Positions 54,232-63,333 of a stretch of 64,000 bases of DNA are shown here, piece after piece; the first letter of the stretch is position 1; each line of letters starts with the position of its first letter. The translations under genes and the position numbers were made by a program. The stretch comes from Planctomycetota bacterium (lineage in GTDB: Bacteria > Planctomycetota > MHYJ01 > WSZJ01). The stretch lies in assembly GCA_038060895.1 (NCBI GenBank), contig JBBTCT010000001.1, forward strand, positions 256,001 through 320,000, written 5' to 3'. The notes under the pieces were generated by a model, which was not told the DNA's origin, ran no database searches, and saw only the letters and a list, made by a program, of their open reading frames with translations.

Positions 54232-55257
54232 TTACCCGAAAAACACTTCCGCCACCTTGAAAAACTGGGGCGTAACCGTCTTGATCCTGGACGTCGCCTC
54301 CGCCAGCGGCACCGCGCCGATGTCGTTCCCGTGAATGCCGGTCATGTACCCGAACTTCCCCTGCTCGAGCAGCTCGACCGCGCCCACCGCCAGCCTCGTC
54401 GCCCGGATGCGGTCCGTCGGAGTCGGCGCCCCGCCGCGCTGGATGTGCCCCAGGATCGTCACGCGCGTCTCGATCCCCGTCCGCTTCTCGATCTCCGCCC
54501 CGACCAGGTTTCCGATCCCGCCCAGCCGCACGTGCCCGAACGCGTCCTTCTTCTCCTCCTGCAGCACCAGCTGGCCCGTCTTCGGATGCGCCCCTTCCGC
54601 CACCACCACCAGCGAAAAATTCTTCCCGCGCTTGTGCCGCTTCTGCACCACGTCGCACACCAGCTCGATGTCGAACGGCTGCTCCGGGATCAGGATCACG
54701 TCCGCCCCGCCGGCCAGCCCCGCAAACGTCGCGATCCACCCCGCATGCCGCCCCATCACTTCCACCACCATCACCCGCCGGTGCGCTTCCGCCGTCGTCT
54801 TGCACCGGTCGATCGCGTCGGTCGCGATCGACACCGCGGTGTCGAACCCGAACGTGTAGTCCGTGCCGTACAGGTCGTTGTCGATCGTCTTCGGAACGCC
54901 GACCACCTTGTAGCCCAGCTTGTGGAATTTCTCGGCCGCCCCCAGCGTGTCCTCGCCGCCGATCGCGACCAGCGCGTCGATGCCGAAGCGCTTCATGCTG
55001 TCCTGGCACCGCTGGATATCGCCTTCGATCTTGAAGGGGTTGGTGCGCGAGGTCCCGAGGATGGTGCCGCCGCGCGCGAGGATGCCGGCGATGGAGTATT
55101 CGGTCATGGGCTCGACGCGCCCCTGGACGAGTCCGGCCCAGCCGTCGTGGATGCCGACGACGGACCAGCCGAGTTGAAGAGCCTTCTTCACGACGCCGCG
55201 AATGGCCGCGTTAAGGCCCGGGCAATCGCCGCCGCCGGTGAGAACGCCAATGCGCAT
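54232..55257 (-). CDS. pfkA: 6-phosphofructokinase, probably PPi-dependent (group III)
   Basis: GVLTGGGDCPG, GGTILGTSR, GGEDT, PKTIDND, EVMGRHAG and LGHIQRGG motifs. Confidence 0.93.
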   Translation of the reverse strand: MRIGVLTGGGDCPGLNAAIRGVVKKALQLGWSVVGIHDGWAGLVQGRVEPMTEYSIAGILARGGTILGTSRTNPFKIEGDIQRCQDSMKRFGIDALVAIGGEDTLGAAEKFHKLGYKVVGVPKTIDNDLYGTDYTFGFDTAVSIATDAIDRCKTTAEAHRRVMVVEVMGRHAGWIATFAGLAGGADVILIPEQPFDIELVCDVVQKRHKRGKNFSLVVVAEGAHPKTGQLVLQEEKKDAFGHVRLGGIGNLVGAEIEKRTGIETRVTILGHIQRGGAPTPTDRIRATRLAVGAVELLEQGKFGYMTGIHGNDIGAVPLAEATSRIKTVTPQFFKVAEVFFG

Positions 55258-55334
55258 GGAGGGAAGTCTCCTTGGGAGGGGCGGGAAAGTACCCGGGGGG
55301 GAGGGAGCGGTCAAGGCCGGGGGAAGGACGGGAG

Positions 55335-55429
55335 GAACGGCAAATCCCAACCCCAACTCCAACTCCGAAAATTCCAGTCCGAGCGGAAATGTCGTTTTGG
55401 AGTTGGTGTTGGGATTTTCCCCGTCGTTC
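55335..55429. repeat. repeat-armed palindrome (CCCCAA/CTCCAA units), same family as 8631-8714
   Basis: GAACGGCAAATCCCAACCCCAACTCCAACTCC...GTCGTTTTGGAGTTGGTGTTGGGATTTTCCCCGTCGTTC. Confidence 0.85.
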
Positions 55430-55488
55430 TCCTTGATCCTCCCCCTTGCTGTGACTAACCTTCCTGTCCGGAACCAAGGGACAAGCCC

Positions 55489-56100
55489 ATGCGCATCTGC
55501 ACCCAGTGCGGCCACAAACTATCGGGAGAGGAATACCTCTGCCCGGCCTGCGACCTTTGGGACTCGCGATCCTACACGGAGCCGAAGAAGACACGCCGCG
55601 CGCGCCCGATGTCCACCGTGTTCGTCGGCCCCTTCCAGCACGCCCTTCTTGTCCGCCAGATCTGCGAAGGCGCCGGCATTCCCGCCGTAATCGATGCCGC
55701 CCGCGGGGCCTCCGTGATGGGCGGGTCGGTCGCCCGCGTGCAGGTCCCGCACGACCGCGCGGGGGAAGTCCTGGCTCTCCTGTCGCAGCAGGACGACGAC
55801 CCGGCCGGGGAGCGCGTGCCGGGCGGACCGGTTTTGCGGCGGAAACGCTCTCACCTGCGGGCGCGGCTGTCGCTGCGGCGCCGTTCCTACCAGGCGCTGG
55901 CGTGGGCCATGTTCGCCCTGGTCTTTCCCCCCGCCGGTGCGGTAGCGATCCACCTGGCCTGCAGCGTCCTCTCCGAGAACCGCGGACTTCCCGTCGTCAC
56001 GGAAGAAACGCGCGTCGCCCGCGCGTCCCTCGTGATTTCCGCCGCGGCGATGCTGGTCTTCCTCGGCGTCCTCGTCGTGCTGGTGCGCGGCGTAGCCTAA
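55489..56100 (+). CDS. membrane protein with N-terminal Zn ribbon, DUF2007-like domain and two C-terminal TM segments
   Basis: CTQC...CPAC; CEGAGIPAVI...VQVP; hydrophobic C-terminus. Confidence 0.7.
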   Translation: MRICTQCGHKLSGEEYLCPACDLWDSRSYTEPKKTRRARPMSTVFVGPFQHALLVRQICEGAGIPAVIDAARGASVMGGSVARVQVPHDRAGEVLALLSQQDDDPAGERVPGGPVLRRKRSHLRARLSLRRRSYQALAWAMFALVFPPAGAVAIHLACSVLSENRGLPVVTEETRVARASLVISAAAMLVFLGVLVVLVRGVA

Positions 56101-57599
56101 TCCCCCCCGAACGCGCGCCCGAGCTTCTTGAGGAAACCTCCGCCGGTCTTCTCTTTCAGCTCCCCCGCCATCCGCTCCCGGTCCTGCTCGAGCCCTTTCT
56201 TCGTCGAGTCCAGCGACTCCATCCGCGACCGAAGCGCCGCAATCTCCCTTCTCGCCTCGTCGCGCTCCATTTCTAGCCGGCGCATATCGCCTTTGAGCGC
56301 CTCGAGCTGGCCGCCGGCTGCCGCTGAGACGGAAGCGAGTTCCATCGATTCCACGCGCACCCGGAGCTGCTGGCGTTCGACGGTCGCGCGCGCCAGGAGC
56401 GACCTCGCATTGTCGAGTTCCTGCCGCATCGCGTCCTTCTCGCGCTCGAGGTCCGCGATGCGGGCCGCGTAGTCCTTGAGCCGCGTCTCGAACTGCGCGC
56501 GCAGCCGCTCCCACGCCGCCGGGTCCGACCCCGCCGGCGGCCGCGCCTCGGCCTCCTCCGCCCGCCGCGCCATCGCCCGCTGCCGCTCCGCCGAAACCCT
56601 CCGCTCTCGCCGCAGTACGTCCTCGAGCCGGTCCCGGTCGGCCTCGACGGCGGCAAGAGTCTCGCGAAAGTGGGCCAGGGCCGCGTTGGCGCGAGCCGAC
56701 GTTTCCGTCAGGTCGCGCGCCTGCGCCGAAAGCTGCGCCACCGCAAGCCGGTCGTCTCGCCCCTCGGCACGGGCCCGCTCCGCCTCGCGCTGCAGCTCCG
56801 CGATCACCGGCCCCAGGCCTTCGGATTTCTCCAGCGCCGCCACACGCTCCGCCAGGCTCCCCGCCAGCGACCTCGCGCGCTCCCACTCCTCCCCCACCTT
56901 CAGCTCAATCCCCCGCTTCTGCGCCACCGCTTCCGCGAAGCGCGCGCCTTCCTGCTGGAACGCGCCCTCCTTCTCCCGCGCTTCCCGGAGCGCGGCGCGG
57001 TCGGCGTCGCGTTCCTTCTCGCGTTCCCGGAGCGCCTCCGAGAGCGCCGCAGAGTCGCGGCGAAGGACGTCGCGCGCTTCGGCGAGAAGCGCCGTCTGGG
57101 CCGTGAGATGGGCGACGCCGTCGAGCACCCCGCTACGCCCGGGGCCGTCCTCCATCGACAACGCTGCGCCTCGCTCCCGCTCGGCGTCCGCCGTCGAGGA
57201 CCGGAGCCGCCCTTCGACATCCTCCAGCTCCGCGCCCTTGCGGTTCAGTTCGGAGCGGATTCCGTCGGCGATCTGCTCGTGCTCGAGCCCGCGCTGCTCC
57301 GCGCGCACGATCGACTTGCGCGCTTCTTCGAGCTTCAGCTCGGAAGCGGTGAGATCTCCCTGGAGCGAAGCGAGTTCTTCGCGCAGTTTTTCGCGAGCGC
57401 GCTCGAGGAGGGCGATCCGCTGCGAGTCGGTGTCGCGCTGGCGCACAAGCTCTTCGAGCTGCGCGCGCGCTTCGGCGGTCAGCTCCTGGACCTCACGCGG
57501 CCGGAGATTGGCGGTGCGGCGGGCGAGAGACGCAGAGACGGCCGCATGGACGAGCTCAGTGAGCTTGTCGCCGGGAGCGGGGACGGAGGAATCGCCCAT
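56097..57599 (-). CDS. long coiled-coil protein
   Basis: E/R/A/L heptad-rich over nearly the whole length; C-terminal GGGFLKKLGRAFGG amphipathic tail. Confidence 0.78.
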   Translation of the reverse strand: MGDSSVPAPGDKLTELVHAAVSASLARRTANLRPREVQELTAEARAQLEELVRQRDTDSQRIALLERAREKLREELASLQGDLTASELKLEEARKSIVRAEQRGLEHEQIADGIRSELNRKGAELEDVEGRLRSSTADAERERGAALSMEDGPGRSGVLDGVAHLTAQTALLAEARDVLRRDSAALSEALREREKERDADRAALREAREKEGAFQQEGARFAEAVAQKRGIELKVGEEWERARSLAGSLAERVAALEKSEGLGPVIAELQREAERARAEGRDDRLAVAQLSAQARDLTETSARANAALAHFRETLAAVEADRDRLEDVLRRERRVSAERQRAMARRAEEAEARPPAGSDPAAWERLRAQFETRLKDYAARIADLEREKDAMRQELDNARSLLARATVERQQLRVRVESMELASVSAAAGGQLEALKGDMRRLEMERDEARREIAALRSRMESLDSTKKGLEQDRERMAGELKEKTGGGFLKKLGRAFGGD

Positions 57600-57632
57600 G
57601 CGCGGGAGGTTACCCGCCCGCGGGGAGTAAGG

Positions 57633-58835
57633 TCACTTTTTCAGGATGCGGGCCGCGGCTTTCGCGGCGCGCTCCGTCTCGGCGTGGCCGCAGACCGCCG
57701 CGTTCTCCAGCGCCGGGATGTCGTCCGCGCTCCCGAAACGCGCCAGCCCGGCCGCCGCGAAAGCGCCGGCGCGCGAGTCCGGGCGGGACTTGAGGACTTC
57801 GCGAAGAACGTCGGCTCCCGCCGGGAGGCCGGAGCCGACCAGCACGCGCACCGCGCGCTCGGCAGGGATTCCTTCCCCGTCCCGCGCCAGGCCGCTCAGG
57901 ATCGCGAGCATTCCCGCGGGGTCCAGATCCATGCGGGCGCGGACGAGGACGTGCATGCGCAAAAGCGACCACTGCTGCTCGAAATCGGATTCGAGGATGG
58001 TCTTCACCTGGCTCAGGCTACAGGGCGCGAATGCCCATCGCGAGTCCGGCCCGCCCGCCGGTTGCCACAGGCGCTCATGAAGAGCCTCGCGCAGGTGAGC
58101 GGCGCGGGCTTTCGCTTCTGCAGAGCTTTTCTCGACTTCCTTCGCCACCGCCTCCACAACTGGAAGCCCGTTCCGCCGGGCGAGCGACAGAAGCGCGGTT
58201 TCAGCGGCCTCGCGCACGCCCTCGTCGTCGGCGTCGAGGTGTTTTGCGAATTCCTTTACGGCGGCGATCACGTCGGCTGCGAGCGGCTGGCCGGCGCGGA
58301 CGGAAGGAACGAAAAATGGCGCGCCGTCGATCCGGATTTCCGCGGCAAATCCGCGGGGGCCCATGATGTTCTTTGCGCGGAGGGCGATGACGTTCGCGCC
58401 CTCCCGAAGCCAGGGGAGCAGGTCGAGGACCGTGCCGGCGCCCCGGTGCCCGAACTGGCCGGAGAGATGGTTGTCGGCCAGTTCGCCGTTGACGTACAGC
58501 TCTCCCACGTCGTCGACGAAGTAGATCATCTCCGCGCGCCGGAACCCCGCGGGGACTTCGAACGACCGCCGGAACGCGCACCCGTCGTCTTCCCCGGCCC
58601 AGAGCCAGTCCGCCTTCGAATCGAACCCGAATGTATTCCTCACGGAGTAGTGGTCGCCATTCTGGGCCGGCCCCTCCCCCGAGTCCGCAGCCGCCCACCC
58701 GGAGTCGTCGAAGTCCGGCGTCATCCAGTCTTCCCCCGGATTAGCGATTCCCTTCCACCCGACGTCCGTCAGGACGACGACAGGATCGGCCGAAGCGGCG
58801 ATGCCGGCGAGGGCAAGGGCGAGGAGGGATCTCAA
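57633..58835 (-). CDS. secreted galactose-binding-like jelly-roll plus HEAT-repeat protein
   Basis: Signal peptide; W..PDFDDSGW, FRRSF, VDDVGELYVNG and LREGANVIA motifs; HEAT tail; TTG start. Confidence 0.75.
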   Translation of the reverse strand: MRSLLALALAGIAASADPVVVLTDVGWKGIANPGEDWMTPDFDDSGWAAADSGEGPAQNGDHYSVRNTFGFDSKADWLWAGEDDGCAFRRSFEVPAGFRRAEMIYFVDDVGELYVNGELADNHLSGQFGHRGAGTVLDLLPWLREGANVIALRAKNIMGPRGFAAEIRIDGAPFFVPSVRAGQPLAADVIAAVKEFAKHLDADDEGVREAAETALLSLARRNGLPVVEAVAKEVEKSSAEAKARAAHLREALHERLWQPAGGPDSRWAFAPCSLSQVKTILESDFEQQWSLLRMHVLVRARMDLDPAGMLAILSGLARDGEGIPAERAVRVLVGSGLPAGADVLREVLKSRPDSRAGAFAAAGLARFGSADDIPALENAAVCGHAETERAAKAAARILKK

Positions 58836-58855
58836 GCGGGTCTCCGGTCGATGAG

Positions 58856-60220
58856 TTATCTCTCAGGGCGAGGAACAACGCGCAACGCAGGGTCCCCGAA
58901 CAGGACAAACTTCATTCCCTGGAAGAAGATGCTGGCAGGGTACCAGTCTTCTGTCGGGACGATTTCCGAAAGCCGCTCGCGCTCCCAGTAGGCGGCGACT
59001 GCGTTGCGCCAGAGATCACCGACGCGGGGCGGCCCCTGCGTGGCCAGACCTTCCACGAACGCACCGACGAGGGTGAGCGCGCACGGCTGGCTTCCGGTGT
59101 CGCAGCCGAAGTACGCCACAGCTCCGCCCGGGATGCGAAGCGACTGTTCGCCGAAGCTGGTGGAGTTGTGCTTCGGCTGGTAGCAGGCCGGAGGAGGAGG
59201 TTCGCATGAGAAGACCTCGCCTGCGTTAGTGCCCGGGTGCTCGGCCCCGAGGACGTCGGTGTACGCTTCGTAGGGAGCCTGCGTCGCCATGACTGCGGTG
59301 CCGCAGCCCGCGGAGAGCAGAACGGTGGCCCTGGAGCTGTCGCTGTTTTGACGCAGTGCGTCAATTCCGAGGCACCCGTGCCATCCCGCTTCGCTCCCGT
59401 GCCCCGCGTGCGCCACGATCAGCGCGCCGCCACCGGCGAGCGACGCGATGATCACCGGGTCGGGCTCGGCTTCCCCATAGAAGTGCCTCTCCGGCTCCCA
59501 GCCCGCCGGCAGCGCCCTGGCCAGGCCTTCGAACTGTCCTCGCGCATCCACCCAGCCGCCCGAAACCACCAGCCCGACACGCCGCTCGCGGCTATCCAAC
59601 GCGTCCTCGAAGGCCAGAGTCTTGGCGACCAGCGCCGAGACTTCCCCGGCCGTCGAAACCGGCCAGCGGCCCACGGCAATCTCAGGCTTGTATTCGATTC
59701 CGTCGAAGTTGACCGGCGGCTCTTTGTGGTGCTCGCCATGCACCTCCCCGAAGTACCCGGCGTGAACATCGTCCTTCGACCCATTCCAGTCCTCGAAAGT
59801 CCCGTCCGCCTTCGCCACATCGGCGAAGTAGAGATCGCTCGGGTAGAACGCGACGTCAAACGCCGGCTTGTGCACCCGGTCCAGCATCATGTAGCGCACC
59901 GGGAAGACGTCCGCGTCGCCGACCAGAAGCGCATACCTGAGCCCGCGGTCTTTCCAGTTCAGGTACAGGAAGTACTTCACCTTCGCCGCGTCGTCGGCAT
60001 TTAGCCGGGGCCGCAGCACGTCCTCCAGCGCCCAGAGATCCGCTTCGAACTCCTGCTTTCGGCGCTCGAGGAGCGGCCGGCAGGCCGCCACGAGCGCGCG
60101 AGGGGCAATGATGACGTACCGGGGCCGCGGCCCGATCGACGCGCCCTGCGCCGCAGGCCCCGTCGAGCACCCGGCCATCGCGATCAACAGCATTCCAGCG
60201 AACCACCGCATTCTCACCAT
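58856..60220 (-). CDS. C25 (gingipain-like) cysteine peptidase, lipoprotein
   Basis: Lipobox MAGC; YALLVGD, SDLYFAD, IAVGRWP, GHG, AGC and LFGDPAL motifs. Confidence 0.85.
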   Translation of the reverse strand: MVRMRWFAGMLLIAMAGCSTGPAAQGASIGPRPRYVIIAPRALVAACRPLLERRKQEFEADLWALEDVLRPRLNADDAAKVKYFLYLNWKDRGLRYALLVGDADVFPVRYMMLDRVHKPAFDVAFYPSDLYFADVAKADGTFEDWNGSKDDVHAGYFGEVHGEHHKEPPVNFDGIEYKPEIAVGRWPVSTAGEVSALVAKTLAFEDALDSRERRVGLVVSGGWVDARGQFEGLARALPAGWEPERHFYGEAEPDPVIIASLAGGGALIVAHAGHGSEAGWHGCLGIDALRQNSDSSRATVLLSAGCGTAVMATQAPYEAYTDVLGAEHPGTNAGEVFSCEPPPPACYQPKHNSTSFGEQSLRIPGGAVAYFGCDTGSQPCALTLVGAFVEGLATQGPPRVGDLWRNAVAAYWERERLSEIVPTEDWYPASIFFQGMKFVLFGDPALRVVPRPER

Positions 60221-60228
60221 GGTACCGA

Positions 60229-60296
60229 CCCACTACCCACTACCCACTACTCACTACTCCCTACTCAACACTCAACACTCCAAACTCCGCCGTTCC
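60229..60296. repeat. single-arm heptamer array (CACTACC drifting to CAACACT) ending in GCCGTTC
   Basis: CACTACC CACTACC CACTACT CACTACT CCCTACT CAACACT CAACACT CCAAACT CC GCCGTTC. Confidence 0.88.
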
Positions 60297-60345
60297 GTGA
60301 ACCTTCCCCCACTCGAGGTTGTTCGTCATACGATCCCGGGACGCG

Positions 60346-61665
60346 ATGCGTCCCGATACCACCATGGCCCAGGCCCTCGAAACTCCCGCAGCCCCCGCCG
60401 TCGCGCCCGCACGCGACGAGCGCGAGGTCCATTTCGCCCGCAACCTCACGCTGCTCACGCTCGTCGAGGCCGGCTGGGGCTTCGGAATGGCGTTCGGGTT
60501 CAGCGGGACGTTCATGCAGCTCGTCCTGCGCCAGCTCGGCGCCTCCGATACACAGGTCGGCTTCCTCGCCGCCCAGTGGGGTTTCTCCACCCTCCCGATG
60601 GTCCTCTCCGGCTACTTCACCGGACACCTCCGCCGAAAGAAGGCCGTCGTCGTCTGGGGTCACTTCCTCTGCGTCATCCCCGTCGCCCTCCTCGCCGCCG
60701 CGCTCGCGTGGGTTCCCTCCAACTCCGCCAAGGTCTGGTCCATCCTCGCGGCCGAGTACGCGTTCGGCCTCTCCGTCGGCATCCTGGTCCCCGTATGGCT
60801 CACGTTCATGGGGAAGGTCATGCCGCGGAACCGGATCGGAAGCGGCTTCGGCATCACGTTCTTCTTCCAGACCCTCGCCGGATTTGGCGCCGGGCTGCTG
60901 GCGGCGTGGATGCTGAAGCGCAATCCGGGCGGCGTGGCGCAGCTCGTGGCGGTCACGGCGATCGTCATGGCGCTCGCCAATTTCTTCTTCATCCCCGTCC
61001 GCGAGATGGAAACGGACGCCGAGCCGCGAGCGGGGAAGTTCTCCACCTTCCTGGGTGAGCTCATGGTCCAGCTCCGCGCCAACCCCGCCGTCCGCCGCCT
61101 CCTCGCCGCCGAAGTTTTGTTTTCGGCGCAGTACGGCGTCGTCGGCTTCTACGCCGCCCGGGCCGCCGACTTCGGCGGCAACGCCTCCACCGGCGCCCTC
61201 TTCACCATGGCCGTCACCGGCGCCCAGTCCGTCTCCTCGCTCCTCGGCGGCTGGCTCGTCGACCGCATCGGCCCCAAGCCCGTCCTCGTCGCCGGCCGCC
61301 TCGCCGTCGTCGCCGCAGCCGCATTCGCCTGGCAGGCCCGCTCCGTCAACGCCCTCTTCCCCGCCGCGATCTGCGTCGGGGCGTTCTGGGGGGTGCGAAG
61401 CGCCGCGGGTTTCGCGCTGTTCCGCCAGGTGAGCGGCAAGGAGGAAGTCACTTCGCTCTACGGCATCTTCACTGTCCTCGTCGCCCCGTTCGCCGTTGCG
61501 ACGCCACTCATTGCCGGCTGGGGGCTCGCCCACCACCGTTGGGGCGCGCCGGCGATGTTCGCGGTGTGCGGGGTGGCGGTGCTGGCGAGTGTTCTCTTGC
61601 TGGTCGTGGGAGTTCAGGTAAAGCGTGAGCCGAAGCCAGTTCCGTCCAGGGCGCCCGGAGTATGA
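60346..61665 (+). CDS. MFS transporter
   Basis: About 12 TM segments; GWLVDRIGPK motif A; start could be ATG at 60364. Confidence 0.88.
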   Translation: MRPDTTMAQALETPAAPAVAPARDEREVHFARNLTLLTLVEAGWGFGMAFGFSGTFMQLVLRQLGASDTQVGFLAAQWGFSTLPMVLSGYFTGHLRRKKAVVVWGHFLCVIPVALLAAALAWVPSNSAKVWSILAAEYAFGLSVGILVPVWLTFMGKVMPRNRIGSGFGITFFFQTLAGFGAGLLAAWMLKRNPGGVAQLVAVTAIVMALANFFFIPVREMETDAEPRAGKFSTFLGELMVQLRANPAVRRLLAAEVLFSAQYGVVGFYAARAADFGGNASTGALFTMAVTGAQSVSSLLGGWLVDRIGPKPVLVAGRLAVVAAAAFAWQARSVNALFPAAICVGAFWGVRSAAGFALFRQVSGKEEVTSLYGIFTVLVAPFAVATPLIAGWGLAHHRWGAPAMFAVCGVAVLASVLLLVVGVQVKREPKPVPSRAPGV

Positions 61666-61757
61666 GCCTGAGACGCACGCGTGAGGCAATCGAGGCGGTT
61701 CTTCAGGATGGGCAGGTTGTTTCCGGCGTTGAAATCACCGTCCCGCTTCCTGCCTCC

Positions 61758-62174
61758 TTAGCTTGTCGGCGCGGGGACCGCCGAGGGCGTTTCCCTCACC
61801 GCTTTCCGGGTGCTGAGCACGAAAAGCTTCCCGATCAGCAACGCGGGGAAGGCGATGCACGATCCGCCGGCCGCGGACAGCGCGACGTGGGCCGGACCGT
61901 ACTCTCCCAGGACGAAGAGGTTGGGCATGACCACGATTCCTGCCACCGCCAGGTTCACGAGCAGCGCGAGAATTCTTCCACCGCCCTTCGTCCGTTCCAT
62001 CCACAGCGAGCAGGCCAGGTACGGCACGAGGGACATCAGGATGATCCTGATGAAGGGGCTCACTGTCTCGAGCACCATCCCGGTGGTGTCGGTGTGCTGG
62101 TACCGGCCGTAGGCCATCGCCGGGGAGAAAATCAGGGCGGCGACAATTCCGGTCAGGACGGGGACTCTTCTCAC
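61758..62174 (-). CDS. hypothetical membrane protein
   Basis: Three to four hydrophobic segments; GTG start 6 nt after TACAAT. Confidence 0.6.
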   Translation of the reverse strand: MRRVPVLTGIVAALIFSPAMAYGRYQHTDTTGMVLETVSPFIRIILMSLVPYLACSLWMERTKGGGRILALLVNLAVAGIVVMPNLFVLGEYGPAHVALSAAGGSCIAFPALLIGKLFVLSTRKAVRETPSAVPAPTS

Positions 62175-62244
62175 AGATGAATTGTAGGACTTCACGCTCC
62201 CGTTCCCGCGACTCTTTGCGACTCGCCCTCTACAATCCCGCCCC

Positions 62245-63333
62245 ATGCGCTTCAACACCATCAAGTACATGGAGTGGGCCAAGCTTTTCCAGGTCCTGAA
62301 CCCGGTCACGTTCGACCTCTCGAATTCCGCGATGGCCCCGCCGGAGCCGGAGGACATCGGCGTCACGATCGAGGACGCATACTGGGCCGGCGCGAATCAC
62401 TACGGCCACCCGGAGCTGAAGGAGCTGATTGCGAAGCGCTGGCAGGTGAAGGCGGAGCAGGTGATCCCGGCGGGGGGGTCGTCGCTCGCGAATTTCCTGT
62501 TCGCGGCTTCGATCCTCGAAACCGGCGACCACGCGGCGATCGAGACACCGTACTACGAGCCACTGGGGAAGATCCTGGAAGCGCTGGAAGCAAAGGTGAC
62601 GGAAGTGCCGCGGCGGCGGGAGGACCAGTTCCAGCCGGACGTGGACGCTGCGCGGAAGGCGTTCGAGAAGGGCGCCAAGCTGCTGATCCTGACGGACCTG
62701 TACAACCCGTGCGCGGTGCATCTCGACCGGGCACGGCTGAAGGCGATCGGAGAGGCTGCTGCGAAGCACGGCGCGACGGTGCTGGTGGACGAGGTGTACC
62801 TGGACGCGATGTGGGAGGAGCGGCCGCCGATCGCGGCGACGCTGGGGCCGCAGTTCGTGTCTACGAATTCGCTGACGAAGGTGTACGGGATGGGAAACCT
62901 GCGCGCGGGCTGGGGGATCGGGCGCAAGGAGCTCGTGGACCGCGCGTACCGTGTCTACGACTACCTCTCCGTCCTGAACTCGATGCCCACCGACCGCGTC
63001 GCGATCCGCGCGCACAAGAACCTCGACAAGCTGACGGCACGGGCGAAGAAACGGCGCGCGGAGAACTTCCCGCTGATCAAGGCCTTCGTGGAATCACGCA
63101 AGGACCTGGACTGGCTCGAGCCGAGGTGGGGCTTCATCGCGTGGGTGCATATCAAGTCGAAGGCGCGGAGCCCCGAACTGCAGGACCTGATGCGCAAGAA
63201 GTACGACGCGCAGGTCTCGCCCGGCCATTTCTTTGGCCACCCCGACCACATCCGCCTCGGCTGCGGGCTGGCGCAGGAGAAACTGGCAGAGGGGCTGAAG
63301 CGGCTGGGACTGGCGCTGGACGAGCTCAAGTAA
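62245..63333 (+). CDS. PLP-dependent aminotransferase class I/II
   Basis: YNP, VDEVY and NSLTKVYGMGNLRAGW motifs. Confidence 0.92.
   Translation: MRFNTIKYMEWAKLFQVLNPVTFDLSNSAMAPPEPEDIGVTIEDAYWAGANHYGHPELKELIAKRWQVKAEQVIPAGGSSLANFLFAASILETGDHAAIETPYYEPLGKILEALEAKVTEVPRRREDQFQPDVDAARKAFEKGAKLLILTDLYNPCAVHLDRARLKAIGEAAAKHGATVLVDEVYLDAMWEERPPIAATLGPQFVSTNSLTKVYGMGNLRAGWGIGRKELVDRAYRVYDYLSVLNSMPTDRVAIRAHKNLDKLTARAKKRRAENFPLIKAFVESRKDLDWLEPRWGFIAWVHIKSKARSPELQDLMRKKYDAQVSPGHFFGHPDHIRLGCGLAQEKLAEGLKRLGLALDELK

Noticed and set aside
61662-61757. Short GGAG-ATG ORF start (TREAIEAVLQDG) resembling a HicB fragment
   Set aside because: Similarity is too short to support, and the ORF runs antisense into the next gene.
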